Positions 1-10,400 of a stretch of 34,213 bases of DNA are shown piece after piece (position 1 is the first letter of the stretch; each line of letters begins with the position of its first letter). This DNA is from Blastocystis sp. subtype 4. Lineage: Eukaryota. The notes under the pieces are model-generated. The model searched no databases and was not told the DNA's origin. It saw nothing but the letters and a program-made list of their open reading frames with translations. Location: contig NW_014569452.1 in NCBI RefSeq assembly GCF_000743755.1, forward strand, positions 1 through 34,213, written 5' to 3'. Both the position numbers and the translations under genes were made by a program.

Positions 1-508
1 CTTCATTCTCTTATCCTAATTCTACATATGTTCTGAAAAGGAATGATCCATTCTCTATCTCTCCTACTGTTGATGGAGATGATTTATCATTCTCAATCAC
101 TTCAGGATCTCTTCCTATTGGTCTATCTTTCAATCCTTCAAATGGAATGATATCAGGAACTCCTTCTCAATTCATCATATCTCAATCAGTCACAATCAAA
201 GTATCAAATGATGTGAGTAATGATAAATCATTCTCTCTTTCATTCACTGTTCTTCAATCCATCACTTCATTCTCTTATCCTAATTCTACATATGTTCTGA
301 AAAGGAATGATCCATTCTCTATCTCTCCTACTGTTGATGGAGATGATTTATCATTCTCAATCAAGGATCTCTTCCTGTTGGTCTATCTTTCAATCCTTCA
401 AATGGAATGATATTAGGAACTCCTTCTCAATCAGTATCATCTCAGGTGATCACAATCAAAGTATCGAATCAAGTGAGTGATAAATCATTCTCTCTTTCAT
501 TCACTGTT
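1..508 (+). repeat. ~264-bp tandem near-identical duplication (one Ig-like domain per unit)
   Basis: CTTCATTCTCTTATCCTAATTCTACATATG... occurs at 1 and at 265; the units stay nearly identical for >200 nt. Confidence 0.9.
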
Positions 509-1146
509 CAACTCATTCCTTCATCTCTCAACTATTTCCAGACTCCCTTCATCATTCAAAACAATGTCTATTTCAATACAATTCCTTACTGTCAAGGAGA
601 TGATCTGTTATTCTCCATTATCTCTGGATCTCTTCCTGTTGGTCTATCTATCAATTCATCAACAGGAATCATATCAGGAACGCCTCTATCTTCCATTCCT
701 CCCACAAGCATCACTATTCAAGCATCTAATCAAGTTGGATCAACTCAATTCACAATCTCCATTCAAGTCATAATTCCTCTATCCGATTTTCAGTATTCTC
801 AATTCTCATTCAGTCTCATCAAAGGACAATCATTCTCAATCTCTCCAATCATTTCAGGAGAGGATCCTCTATTCACAATCACTTCAGGAACTCTGGCCTC
901 TCTCTCAATTCGACAACTGGAATCATTTCTGGTATTCCTTCATCTACATTCCCATCTACACTCGTCATCATTCAGGCTTCCAATCAACTCGGATTCATTC
1001 AAACTCAACTATCCTTTACTGTCAACGCTCTATCCACTCTTACTATCATTCTCATCTCTCTTTCTATTCTTATCATTCTCATTATTCTAATTATCATCAT
1101 TCTCATCATTCTATCAAAGAAGAAGAAACATACTCTACCAAAGAAG

Positions 1147-1236
1147 TCAATAGAAGAAGTGAAATCTGTCGAGAAACATGTGAAAAAAGAGTCAATAGAA
1201 GAAGTGAAATCTGTTGAGAATTATGTGAAAAAAGAG
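1147..1236 (+). repeat. 2 x 45-bp tandem repeat (SIEEVKSVExxVKKE) in the cytoplasmic tail
   Basis: TCAATAGAAGAAGTGAAATCTGT starts at 1147 and at 1192. Confidence 0.9.
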
Positions 1237-1690
1237 TCAAAAAAGAAGAAGAAATCTAACATCAGCTTAGTTACCACTCCTACCAAGCCCTCTCCTGTAT
1301 AAGTATGATTTTAGTATTTCTTTTGTGTTTTACTATCTCTTTGTTGTACATCGTTTTCTCTACCAACATAATGCTAAGAGTTAGCAATCAATGACACATT
1401 ATTATCTTGTCACACAATGTGATACAACGAATAAATTGAACGATTATCCTATACACAAAAATACCTACTTTAAAAGAATTGGATCTGGATCATTTCAAAG
1501 GTCACAGACATTACTACAACCTAAAATGGGGAAAGAACAGAAAGATTTGTGAGTAATTGGATAAAATAGCCATTTTACAGGAGTTGGATAATATGAATTC
1601 TGCACCGTTAGTAATAACTGTCTTGATAATCAATAAAACGATACGTACAGTAGTGCCCATTTAATTATTAGTACTATTATTTCGTAACAG

Positions 1691-3048
1691 ATGGCCCCAA
1701 TGAATTGGATAAAGATTCTATTTACTGGAGGTCTTGGACTTCTTATTGCTCTTGGTGTCATGCTCCTGATTGAAAAGTTTGGTGGTATTGCTTCAGAAGT
1801 AGCAGATTCTATCCCATCTGTTATTGTTCCGATTGCCTATGTTCTGCTGACTCAAGAGGATATGACTAGAGATGACCAGGCGGATTCTATTTTTGCCAGT
1901 TCTATTGGTACGGGTATCCGATCTTAATAACAACCTAGGAGTGTTTGCCACAAATGTGTGTTTCCTTCCCATGTGGAAGATTATTCCAAAGTATTGTGAT
2001 AAGAAGAAGCTTCCAGGATTGTTAACAATGATTCTTACTATGATTGGTGCCCTTTTGGCATGGTTTGTAGCCGTATTTATTCTAGGCTATCTTCAAGTTA
2101 TTCTTAACAAAATCTACATTCATATTTGGCTCTATTCTATTATTCTTATGGCATGTTGTGTTTACATTGGTGTATTCCTTTGTACTATTATTCCTCCTCC
2201 CAGTGAAAAGCACAAAGAGAAGTGTTGTATGAAGGCAGTTAGGAGTATCACTGTTACTTTATGTGTTGTGGGTAGTTGCATTATTGGTTTTGTGGGTCCT
2301 CTTTTCTTTGAAGATTTCTTTGGTAGTTTCCCTTCCATTTTCAGTACTTCGATTGTTTCAGTAAGTTTTGCCCAGATTGCGTTACTTCCTACGGGAGATG
2401 TTGGGCCGATGATTTTGGGAGGTTGTTCGTATGTGATGATACAGGTTAGTAATATGTAGGAGTGGTTGGTTTACCTTGTTATGTGGCCTTTTCCATCGCA
2501 TAAGTTGGCATCCAATTGCATCAATTGTGGCAAGTCATCTGATAACTCTTTTCTTGTGGAGTACTCCAGTTTATAAGTATATTCAGCATCGAAGAGAGAT
2601 TACAGAAGAGAATATTCGCAAGAATACTCCTCCTAAGCAATGTTGTTGGAAACGACCTTTGAAAAAGGAGGAAGGAAAGACAGAGGTTGAAATGACAAGC
2701 GGAAATGTTACTGGAGTAGCTTCGAAGCCTGAAGAGAAGAAATCTTCATGGAATATCTTCTCTAAGAAGGAATCTCCTCAGGAGCCACCTAAAGACCAGG
2801 CAAAAGAACCTGTCAAAGATCAGCCCAAAGAGTCACCCCAAGGAATAGCGAAGGAACCTCCAAAGACTGATTCCAAACCTGAGGAATCAAAGAAGACTTC
2901 ATGGAATCCGTTTGCTAAGAAGGATGCTAAAGAAGAAGTGAAAGAGCCTCCTAAGACTGATTCTACGCCAGAAGAAACAAAGAAGAAGACTTCTTGGAAT
3001 CCGTTTGCTAAGAAGGATACTAAGGAAGTGAAGACTGATTCGAAATGA
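1691..3048 (+). CDS. Multipass membrane protein of unknown function with a charged, repetitive C-terminal tail
   Basis: Three ORF-track fragments join in frame via two 31-nt GT-AG introns (1908-1938, 2429-2459). Many hydrophobic segments; TGA at 3046-3048. Confidence 0.85.
2851..3030 (+). repeat. 2 x 90-bp coding repeat (KEPPKTDSxPEExKKTSWNPFAKKD), with a degenerate third copy near 2722-2770
   Basis: Direct comparison of 2851-2940 with 2941-3030. Confidence 0.85.
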
Positions 3049-3057
3049 TATGTTTTC

Positions 3058-3065
3058 AACAAACA
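3058..3065 (-). terminator. TGTTTGTT polyadenylation element of the MORN gene
   Basis: Minus strand reads TGA-TGAT-TGTTTGTT, a 4-nt spacer after the stop. Confidence 0.8.
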
Positions 3066-3069
3066 ATCA

Positions 3070-6000
3070 TCATAATCGTGGATACCCATATTCAACATTA
3101 TATCCATCAGGATTCATACTGTATTGAGCATTTGCAGGACCACATATCATATGACCTAAATTATCATAGTAATAGACAGGATTCTGAATACAGTTGTACT
3201 CTTGAGAAAACATTCCTTCAACATAACCATTCCAATTCTTAGGATGATATCGTGTTTGTTTTGAAGGCATAAATTCATGAGCAAATCTGCCATCTGTTGA
3301 CATCTGTGTAATACGTGTTTCATACTTCACAGTACGATCACTCCAATATATGAATGGTTGATAATCTTGAAGACGACCCTTATCCCAGATTCCCATAAAG
3401 AAACTATCATCTTCATAATAGAAGATTCCTTGCCCATGATAACACAGATCTGGATGCAGTAATGACTCGAAAATTTCTAACAATATTCCGCCTACGTACC
3501 GGCTTCTTCGGAGTTTCGTTCCTGGTTTCTCTGTTGTAAATACAGTACTCTTCTCTAAATCAGGTAAATCGCGGTTCCATTCAGTTTGTACACTACGTCC
3601 ATCTGATAGATATAACACTCCTTGACCATGTTTCAATGGAATATCAGAGCCATCAAATAACCACTCTCCATCATATGTCACATTGGAAGAAGAATCTTGA
3701 ATCCATCCTCCTTGATATACACATTGCCAAGATTGATCTAATTCCCGTGGTGACTCGTCTTCAACAGCATAAATGAGAAGTTCAGAAGAATAGGATCCAT
3801 TGTGAATGGTTCGACAAAAACACCATTGTTCCTTCTCAACAGACATATACTTTGTTTCAGTCCCTTCAAATGCCTTATTCCCGCGGTATTCACCTTTGAA
3901 TTGGATACGTCCATTTGGATCATATTCCTTCCCAGCTCCTTCTCGACTTCCATTCTTCATCATTCCATTCCATCGTATATAACCGTGATCAAATTCAGTT
4001 TTCTCTCCTTCTTCCTTTCCATTCTGATATTCACATTCAATCTGTTTCGTTCCATCAGGATTGTAAAGAATACAGAAGCCATGAAACATGCCTCCTTTCA
4101 TTCCTCCTTCCATTTCAATGTCTCCATTTTCATTGTAAAGCTTGGTAGCTCCATTCGGAGTATCGTGATCGAAGATGGATTCGATCCACAACGAACCATT
4201 TTCGCGATACAACTTTCCTACAAATCGAGTGTGATTTAGAGTATAAGTTCCTTCACGAATCACATGATGTGTGGTAGGAGAATACTCACAACCACGTGTT
4301 AATATGGAATCCTGAAATACTCCCTGAAATAGCAGTTGTTGATCTGAGATCGATCGAATGCACCCAACTCCATTTAATTGGTTTTCCACAAATTCTCCTT
4401 CCATTTGAACATTGTGATCATAGTCATAATATATTCCTTCTCCTTTCCAAATTCCATTTAACCACTCTCCTTGATAAACAAGTCTACCTTGATTATCAAA
4501 CATTTGACCATAACCACATCGATTACCATCTTTGAATTCTCCTTCATATTCAATTTGACCAGTTGGATAGTAGCATCTTCCTTTCCCATTCAATTTACCA
4601 TCATGATAATCACCTTCCTCAATCAATTGTTCAAAAAAAGTCACTTTCTTTCCTTTTCCATTTATATTACCATTTTTGAAAATTCCAGAAATAATGACTT
4701 CATTCGCATTGTCATAAAGAGTACCTTCTCCTTCATATAAACCTTTATGGAATGATCCAGAATAAACCACATTTCCATCAATTCCAAATTCCTTTCCTTC
4801 TCCTTCTAACTTACCATCAATGAAACTCCCAGTCAGATGAAGAACTGGCTCTTCTGGGATTGGTAATCCAGCAAGTGAATACTCATCATAAGTGGTCTCA
4901 TATGCGAAGTATTCATTCCCAGGTCCATTCAGAGCATTGTTGGCAAAGATACCGTCTTGTAGAATATGATGATCAGGAGTCAGAACCTGACCTTTGCCTT
5001 GAAGGCCTGTACTGGATTGAACACCCTTGAAATAGAGCTGACAGGTCTCGTCCCATACAAGTGTAACTTCAGTGTTACTCAGATTAACTCTATCATTGGA
5101 GGGGCAGGACTGTTGAAGCGATACAGTCTCAGTAGAACTGTTCTGACGCTCTGAAGTACTTCGTAACAAAGACTGAGAATTGCTGTCACTTGGAGATTCT
5201 GAAGATTTGTTTGAAGAGAATGGCGATTGTGGGAAGAGAGGAGAAACATCTGAGTGATCAAGAATAAGAGATTGAGAGGGATTCTCGCATTGATGCAATT
5301 CATCTGGTATGGGTGATGTGAATGACTGAGAGAGTTGAGTATCACAATTGAGAGATGATGGTGAGAGGATTTGGGGAGGTTGAGAGTTATTAGGAAAAGC
5401 AGACGAATTGAAGAATTGAGAGACGCTAGAAACAGTAGGAAAAGGAGACTGAATCTGAGGAGCTACGGAATCACTAGGAAGAGATGAAGGAAGTGATTGA
5501 CAAAGCTGAGGGAATGGAGAGACAGGAGAATCAGCAGGAAGAGAAGGTAGGGATGGTTGAGTGACACCAGAGTCACTTGGGAGCGACTGACGAGATGGAG
5601 GTGTAGGAGACTCATTCAAAGGAGATGATTTGAAGGATTGAGGAAGTGGAGAGACCTGGGAATCAGTAGGAAGAGACTGAGAAGGCTGAGGGAATGGAAG
5701 AATGTGAGAATCAGTACGAAGAGGAGGCAGGACAGGCTGAGAAGGTTGGGGAAATGGAGAGAGATGAATATCAGCAGGAAGAGACTTAGGAGGTAGAGTT
5801 GAACTTGATCCACTTGGTGACATCAACTCAGAACTGATTTTTATCGAATCCTTCATCGCTGTGCTGATATCATGAGTTTTATCACTCTGTTGGACTGTTG
5901 ATGGTACCTGAACATCAGGGAAAGGAGGTGGAGAGATGTCTTTGGCAATCTGAGGAACTGTGGAGTTATCCACATTTTCATCACAGGAAGGATTCACAGA

Positions 6001-7410
6001 GTATTCTGAATCCTGTTTTTGATATGATGACCTCTCAAAGACTCTCTGAACCTCTTCTGGTGATAAGAGGTCCTGAACCACCTTCAGACCTCCATCTGCC
6101 TCATCAGATGAGGACTCACTATCACTAATTGCACAAACTTCAATATGATAACTCTCCAGTTTCACTTTCCTCTTTCGTAATTCAACAATAATAGATTCTC
6201 GTCTCTCTGAGATATGTTTCTCCAACCCTCTATTGAGCATTATCACATCACATTCATTCTCATCATCGTATTTCAGTTCCATCAAAGGAGAAATCTCTTC
6301 AATCTTAATGTCTTCAAGTGGATCGATACGTGTACAACCTGAACGAGGAACCGTCTCCTCTTTGAAGAGATATGACAATACAGTGGAAAACACTTGGCAC
6401 ATTTCATCATCATTTCTCACAGCTTCATCAAATGAGATTAACTCCATGTCCATTACTAATTCACCATTGTTCCATTCACCATTAGCAAATAGAGACCCAT
6501 CTCGACAAATACATACCCCACTCCCATTCACACGACCCTCTTTCCAATTACCATTAAACAACACATGACGATCGAGATAATAAGCAGTTCCTTGACCATT
6601 CCTCAATCCATTTGTAAAACAACCAGAATACACCAACTTCCCTTCATAATATTCGTCTCCATAACCATCACGGGGATACCATAATTTGGGGTCATACAAA
6701 AATGTACCTTCATAGATGACTCTTCCATTCACATCATATTCAACAACTGAAGAATCTGAAAACAATCTCATCAAACGAAGTTGCTTTCCAGAGGAATACT
6801 GAACCAAACGAATGGGATGATTGTATTCATCAACTTCAACACAGAGACCGTCAAAAATACGAGTGGATGGATTAAACTGGCCACGAAGAAAAGAATTTGT
6901 TTCCGAACAGTATTGACACAGATAATCAACTTTATTGACTGTCACTATATACTGATCTACAACTCGAATGCCCTTTTTATAAATTCCTTTGTATATTGGA
7001 AACCCAGTTTCATCATATTCCTCCCCCTCTCCATCTCTTCGATCATTATCATAGAATCCATGAAACAACAACTTTCCATGTAAATACTCCCAAACTTCTC
7101 CATTTCTTCGTGAGTCAACAAACGTACCTTTTGAGACAACAGAACCATTTTTATAGAGCTCATATGGACCAGAAATGGAATTATTTACAAATACAAAGTT
7201 CAATACACGCCTTTGTAAGCGATCCTTGATCAAAGCAGATCCATTGAGTTTTCCATTTTGTACTGTTGCAAACAGGAACTCTGAAGCATGCTTTCCAGCA
7301 AAAGATATGCTAACTGAAGAACCATCGGGTCGCTCACTCAAGTTAAGAGGATCCTTCAGTTGATATTCTGAGAGAATTCCCTCCCACTTAATATTGTTTT
7401 CAGAAGGCAT
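3070..7410 (-). CDS. Large MORN-repeat protein (~1446 aa) with a central Ser/Pro-rich low-complexity linker
   Basis: Uninterrupted ORF, first ATG at 7410 (MPSENN). Many YxGxFxxGxxxGxG repeats lie in two blocks either side of SLPxDSxxSPFPQ-type repeats (~5200-5950). Confidence 0.9.
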   Translation of the reverse strand: MPSENNIKWEGILSEYQLKDPLNLSERPDGSSVSISFAGKHASEFLFATVQNGKLNGSALIKDRLQRRVLNFVFVNNSISGPYELYKNGSVVSKGTFVDSRRNGEVWEYLHGKLLFHGFYDNDRRDGEGEEYDETGFPIYKGIYKKGIRVVDQYIVTVNKVDYLCQYCSETNSFLRGQFNPSTRIFDGLCVEVDEYNHPIRLVQYSSGKQLRLMRLFSDSSVVEYDVNGRVIYEGTFLYDPKLWYPRDGYGDEYYEGKLVYSGCFTNGLRNGQGTAYYLDRHVLFNGNWKEGRVNGSGVCICRDGSLFANGEWNNGELVMDMELISFDEAVRNDDEMCQVFSTVLSYLFKEETVPRSGCTRIDPLEDIKIEEISPLMELKYDDENECDVIMLNRGLEKHISERRESIIVELRKRKVKLESYHIEVCAISDSESSSDEADGGLKVVQDLLSPEEVQRVFERSSYQKQDSEYSVNPSCDENVDNSTVPQIAKDISPPPFPDVQVPSTVQQSDKTHDISTAMKDSIKISSELMSPSGSSSTLPPKSLPADIHLSPFPQPSQPVLPPLRTDSHILPFPQPSQSLPTDSQVSPLPQSFKSSPLNESPTPPSRQSLPSDSGVTQPSLPSLPADSPVSPFPQLCQSLPSSLPSDSVAPQIQSPFPTVSSVSQFFNSSAFPNNSQPPQILSPSSLNCDTQLSQSFTSPIPDELHQCENPSQSLILDHSDVSPLFPQSPFSSNKSSESPSDSNSQSLLRSTSERQNSSTETVSLQQSCPSNDRVNLSNTEVTLVWDETCQLYFKGVQSSTGLQGKGQVLTPDHHILQDGIFANNALNGPGNEYFAYETTYDEYSLAGLPIPEEPVLHLTGSFIDGKLEGEGKEFGIDGNVVYSGSFHKGLYEGEGTLYDNANEVIISGIFKNGNINGKGKKVTFFEQLIEEGDYHDGKLNGKGRCYYPTGQIEYEGEFKDGNRCGYGQMFDNQGRLVYQGEWLNGIWKGEGIYYDYDHNVQMEGEFVENQLNGVGCIRSISDQQLLFQGVFQDSILTRGCEYSPTTHHVIREGTYTLNHTRFVGKLYRENGSLWIESIFDHDTPNGATKLYNENGDIEMEGGMKGGMFHGFCILYNPDGTKQIECEYQNGKEEGEKTEFDHGYIRWNGMMKNGSREGAGKEYDPNGRIQFKGEYRGNKAFEGTETKYMSVEKEQWCFCRTIHNGSYSSELLIYAVEDESPRELDQSWQCVYQGGWIQDSSSNVTYDGEWLFDGSDIPLKHGQGVLYLSDGRSVQTEWNRDLPDLEKSTVFTTEKPGTKLRRSRYVGGILLEIFESLLHPDLCYHGQGIFYYEDDSFFMGIWDKGRLQDYQPFIYWSDRTVKYETRITQMSTDGRFAHEFMPSKQTRYHPKNWNGYVEGMFSQEYNCIQNPVYYYDNLGHMICGPANAQYSMNPDGYNVEYGYPRL

Positions 7411-7462
7411 TTTTGAAGAAAGAAAGTTGGGTATGATAATTAAAGAACCACTAAATATATAA

Positions 7463-7470
7463 AACAAACA
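7463..7470 (-). terminator. TGTTTGTT polyadenylation element of the PI3K gene
   Basis: Separated by 8 nt from the TGA at 7481-7479. Confidence 0.75.
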
Positions 7471-7478
7471 AACTTGAT

Positions 7479-10400
7479 TCAAGCATGACGTAAGACATGG
7501 AAGAAGTCATTAATTATAGGAAGCTTACTATTAACAGCACGGATGATCTCGTTCTTCAAGAAGCTCTCTGCTTCTTCCTCACTCACTATGGATCATTTCT
7601 ATTCTTCTTTCATACAATCCAGTCGACATGCACGAATTAAGAACAACGTATCATTATCATCAACAATCTCATCGACGCCCGATTCACGCAACAATTCAAA
7701 GAGAGCATAGAACAGAGTCACATTCTCTCTAACAACACGATAACAAGCCATTGCATTGTCCATGAACACTTTGAAGTTGGGATGAGATTCTCCACCTATT
7801 GCATTATAGTATGCTCGAGTGAAAAGAAACGAATGTGTCTCTCTTGCAATACCTAACTTATGCTTATAATGTCCCAAGATATGACCATAATCAATATGGA
7901 AATAACCGCGATTATTCAACATTATGTTATCATTATGACGATCTCCAATTCCAAAGAGATAGACAAACATCAGATACTGACCCAATGAGGCTGCAAAACG
8001 ATAGTTCATTTGATCAAGCGAATTGTCTTCATAAGTCGGCTTTACCTCCAAAGGTTGCAGAATACGAGGTGTTTCCAATCTCATCTGATCAGCTTGAATT
8101 CGACGTTGAGTCATCAGAGAATGAGTGTTTAATGATGAATGAGTGATTAGATATTCCTGAATAGCAAAGTTGTGTAAGAGAACTCGCTTCGCAGTATTCA
8201 CCTTGTTCAATATTGTGTGCTTCTCTAATCATTATTCAATCTCTCTTATCTTATCCTTTCCATCATTATAGACATCGCCCACTGTCACCGCATCATCCAC
8301 AATCTCAATTAGACCTTCATCAGTATTGGTTGCCAAACACGAATAGAACTGAAAGTGACTTGGTGTTCCTGAGTCCTCTAACAAGACACTCAATAGATGA
8401 ATCACCTCAGATATGATTTCATCTTTTCGTAAGTCATCTCCTTTCTTCACTAGAACGTTCAAAGTATCTCTTTCTTTATTCCTAGAAATCACTGCATTCC
8501 AAATAAACTACAGATTTCCGCCAAGAATTACATTCATTTGTGAATGCTGATGAATTGCAAAGGACAGAAATAGTGGCAATTTCTTGCTGTTCATCACACG
8601 ACATTGATTCCAATTAATAGCAGCTAATTGCATATCACTATACAGAGGCAATGAAAAGGGAGTACTGAATGATAGAGCCTTCAACTGCGATAGGAGAGCA
8701 ACCTTATAATAATTATGAATCACTGAACATACATTACGATCATCTTGTACAGGGATCATTTTGATTTGTTCAGCAACATTCATAAGTTGACGAATAAGTA
8801 GATACTAAGTGGAATTCCACTAATAGGCATACTTCAGATCCAACAATCAGTTTCAGTGACTCTGTAATTTGAAGAAGAATCTCCAAGTATCCACTGAAGC
8901 GAGAATGGAAGACTGGGTTGTTATTATTGGACTAGAGATTACGAGATAAATCGTTATAAACTTGAAGTTCCCAGTACAGAACATAAGCGAATGAACGACT
9001 TTGCAGAGCATGGAGAAACATGAAACGAATCAGAGCATTGTCTTCATGGACGTCCCACTTCAATGCCTGGACTAGCTGAGGACAGAAGAGAATCCAATCA
9101 TCCTCACTGAGTTGTTGATAGAGAGTCTCACATACGATCTCACGCAGAAACGGATCTTGATTACGATGACCTAGAAGAAGGAGGAGTTTACCAATACGAA
9201 TGGAGTGTTGACTAGAAGAGGGTGCTTCAATACAAGTCTCTGTGGACTGATCACAATTCAAGAAGGATGGGAATATTGAATAACAACGTGACACATTCGT
9301 AGGATTGGTATACTATTTCTGATTCATCTCTTCATTACTTACTTCCATAGCTTCACATAACCGAATAGAAGCATTCTTGCATTCCTTTAATAACTCTGGC
9401 GAACGCAATACAGCCCACCGTTCTCCATCAGTCATTCTGTTTCTATGAATCATGACTCATTCCCTCTCCAACCCTTCCTTCAAATCACGCAAATGATTCA
9501 GTACTTGAATATCATCCTCATTCAATGGACGTTTATCTTCTATTGTTGTTGGATGAAATACCCAACGAACTGGTTCATTCAGAAGGCTAATCCCTACACT
9601 GCCAACAGACTGTACTCTCATATCCCAACCACAACCAATTCCCCATCGGAATTGGTTCTCTGGATACAAATAGACTTTTTGCTTTCCTGTTCTCAATACT
9701 CCCTAACAATAAGAATACAACACTAATTCTACATCGGCAGAAAACAGAGGAATAATTCCAATAACAGAAATACCTCCTAAAACGAGTTTCACATAAAACA
9801 CTGTGGACAAATGCAAGCGATTCAATTGAATCGCAGTTCGAATTCGCTTCTCACAAACAGATCGTAGAGTGTCATTCACATTTGAATAATCACAGTTTGG
9901 AATCACCATAGTCTTGTAATCCGTCACACAAACTGTTTTCTGGAATGCTGCAAATTTGATAGAATTCTGTCAATCAGACTCCGCTCACACGTCCTACATT
10001 GCTATAATGACTTTGTTTTGCTGTAAATTGGGAGAGAGTGATTGAATCAATACTTAGCATGAGATACTGATCATCGCTTAGCTCTTGAATACATGTCACA
10101 GGGAGCATCAACTAGGAATCAAAAGAATGAAGAATCCCCACAGGAATAAAAGGTCCCAAGGCACTAGCAACCTCTGTCAAGATACATCGCATCTCAGAAG
10201 GGAATACAGAAGTCTCCGAGTTGTTAGACGATTTAGCAATATGGAGGAAACCAATAACAGTACCCTGAGTCCGAATAATGAAATTCATATGTTCAGTAAT
10301 TCTTGATCTAGAGTCAGAATGATCACAAAACTCTTACTCAACAATAGTGTGATAACTAAATTCTGATCGAAATGAAACTGGTTCTTGTCCGGCATAAACG

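Larger units (their letters stand above)
1..1302 (+). pseudogene. 3' part of a type I membrane surface protein with tandem Ig-like (putative Ig/He_PIG-like) repeats, a TM helix and a Lys-rich tail; two frameshifts (pseudogene or assembly error)
   Basis: Repeated motif FSITSGSLPxGLSxNxSxGxISGTP. A hydrophobic Ile/Leu run (~1040-1115) is followed by SKKKK, with TAA at 1300-1302. The frame changes at ~363 (4 nt, CTTC, missing versus the previous repeat) and at ~895. Neither break has a GT-AG intron. 5' end lies outside the window. Confidence 0.75.

Noticed and set aside
7411..7482. N-terminal extension of the MORN ORF from a TTG start
   Set aside because: It overlaps the PI3K stop and poly(A) element; the first ATG is at 7410.
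7860..7960. DYG instead of DFG as a sign of a dead kinase
   Set aside because: The catalytic DRHxDN, the metal-binding Asp and the KxGDDLR lysine are intact, and the change is conservative.
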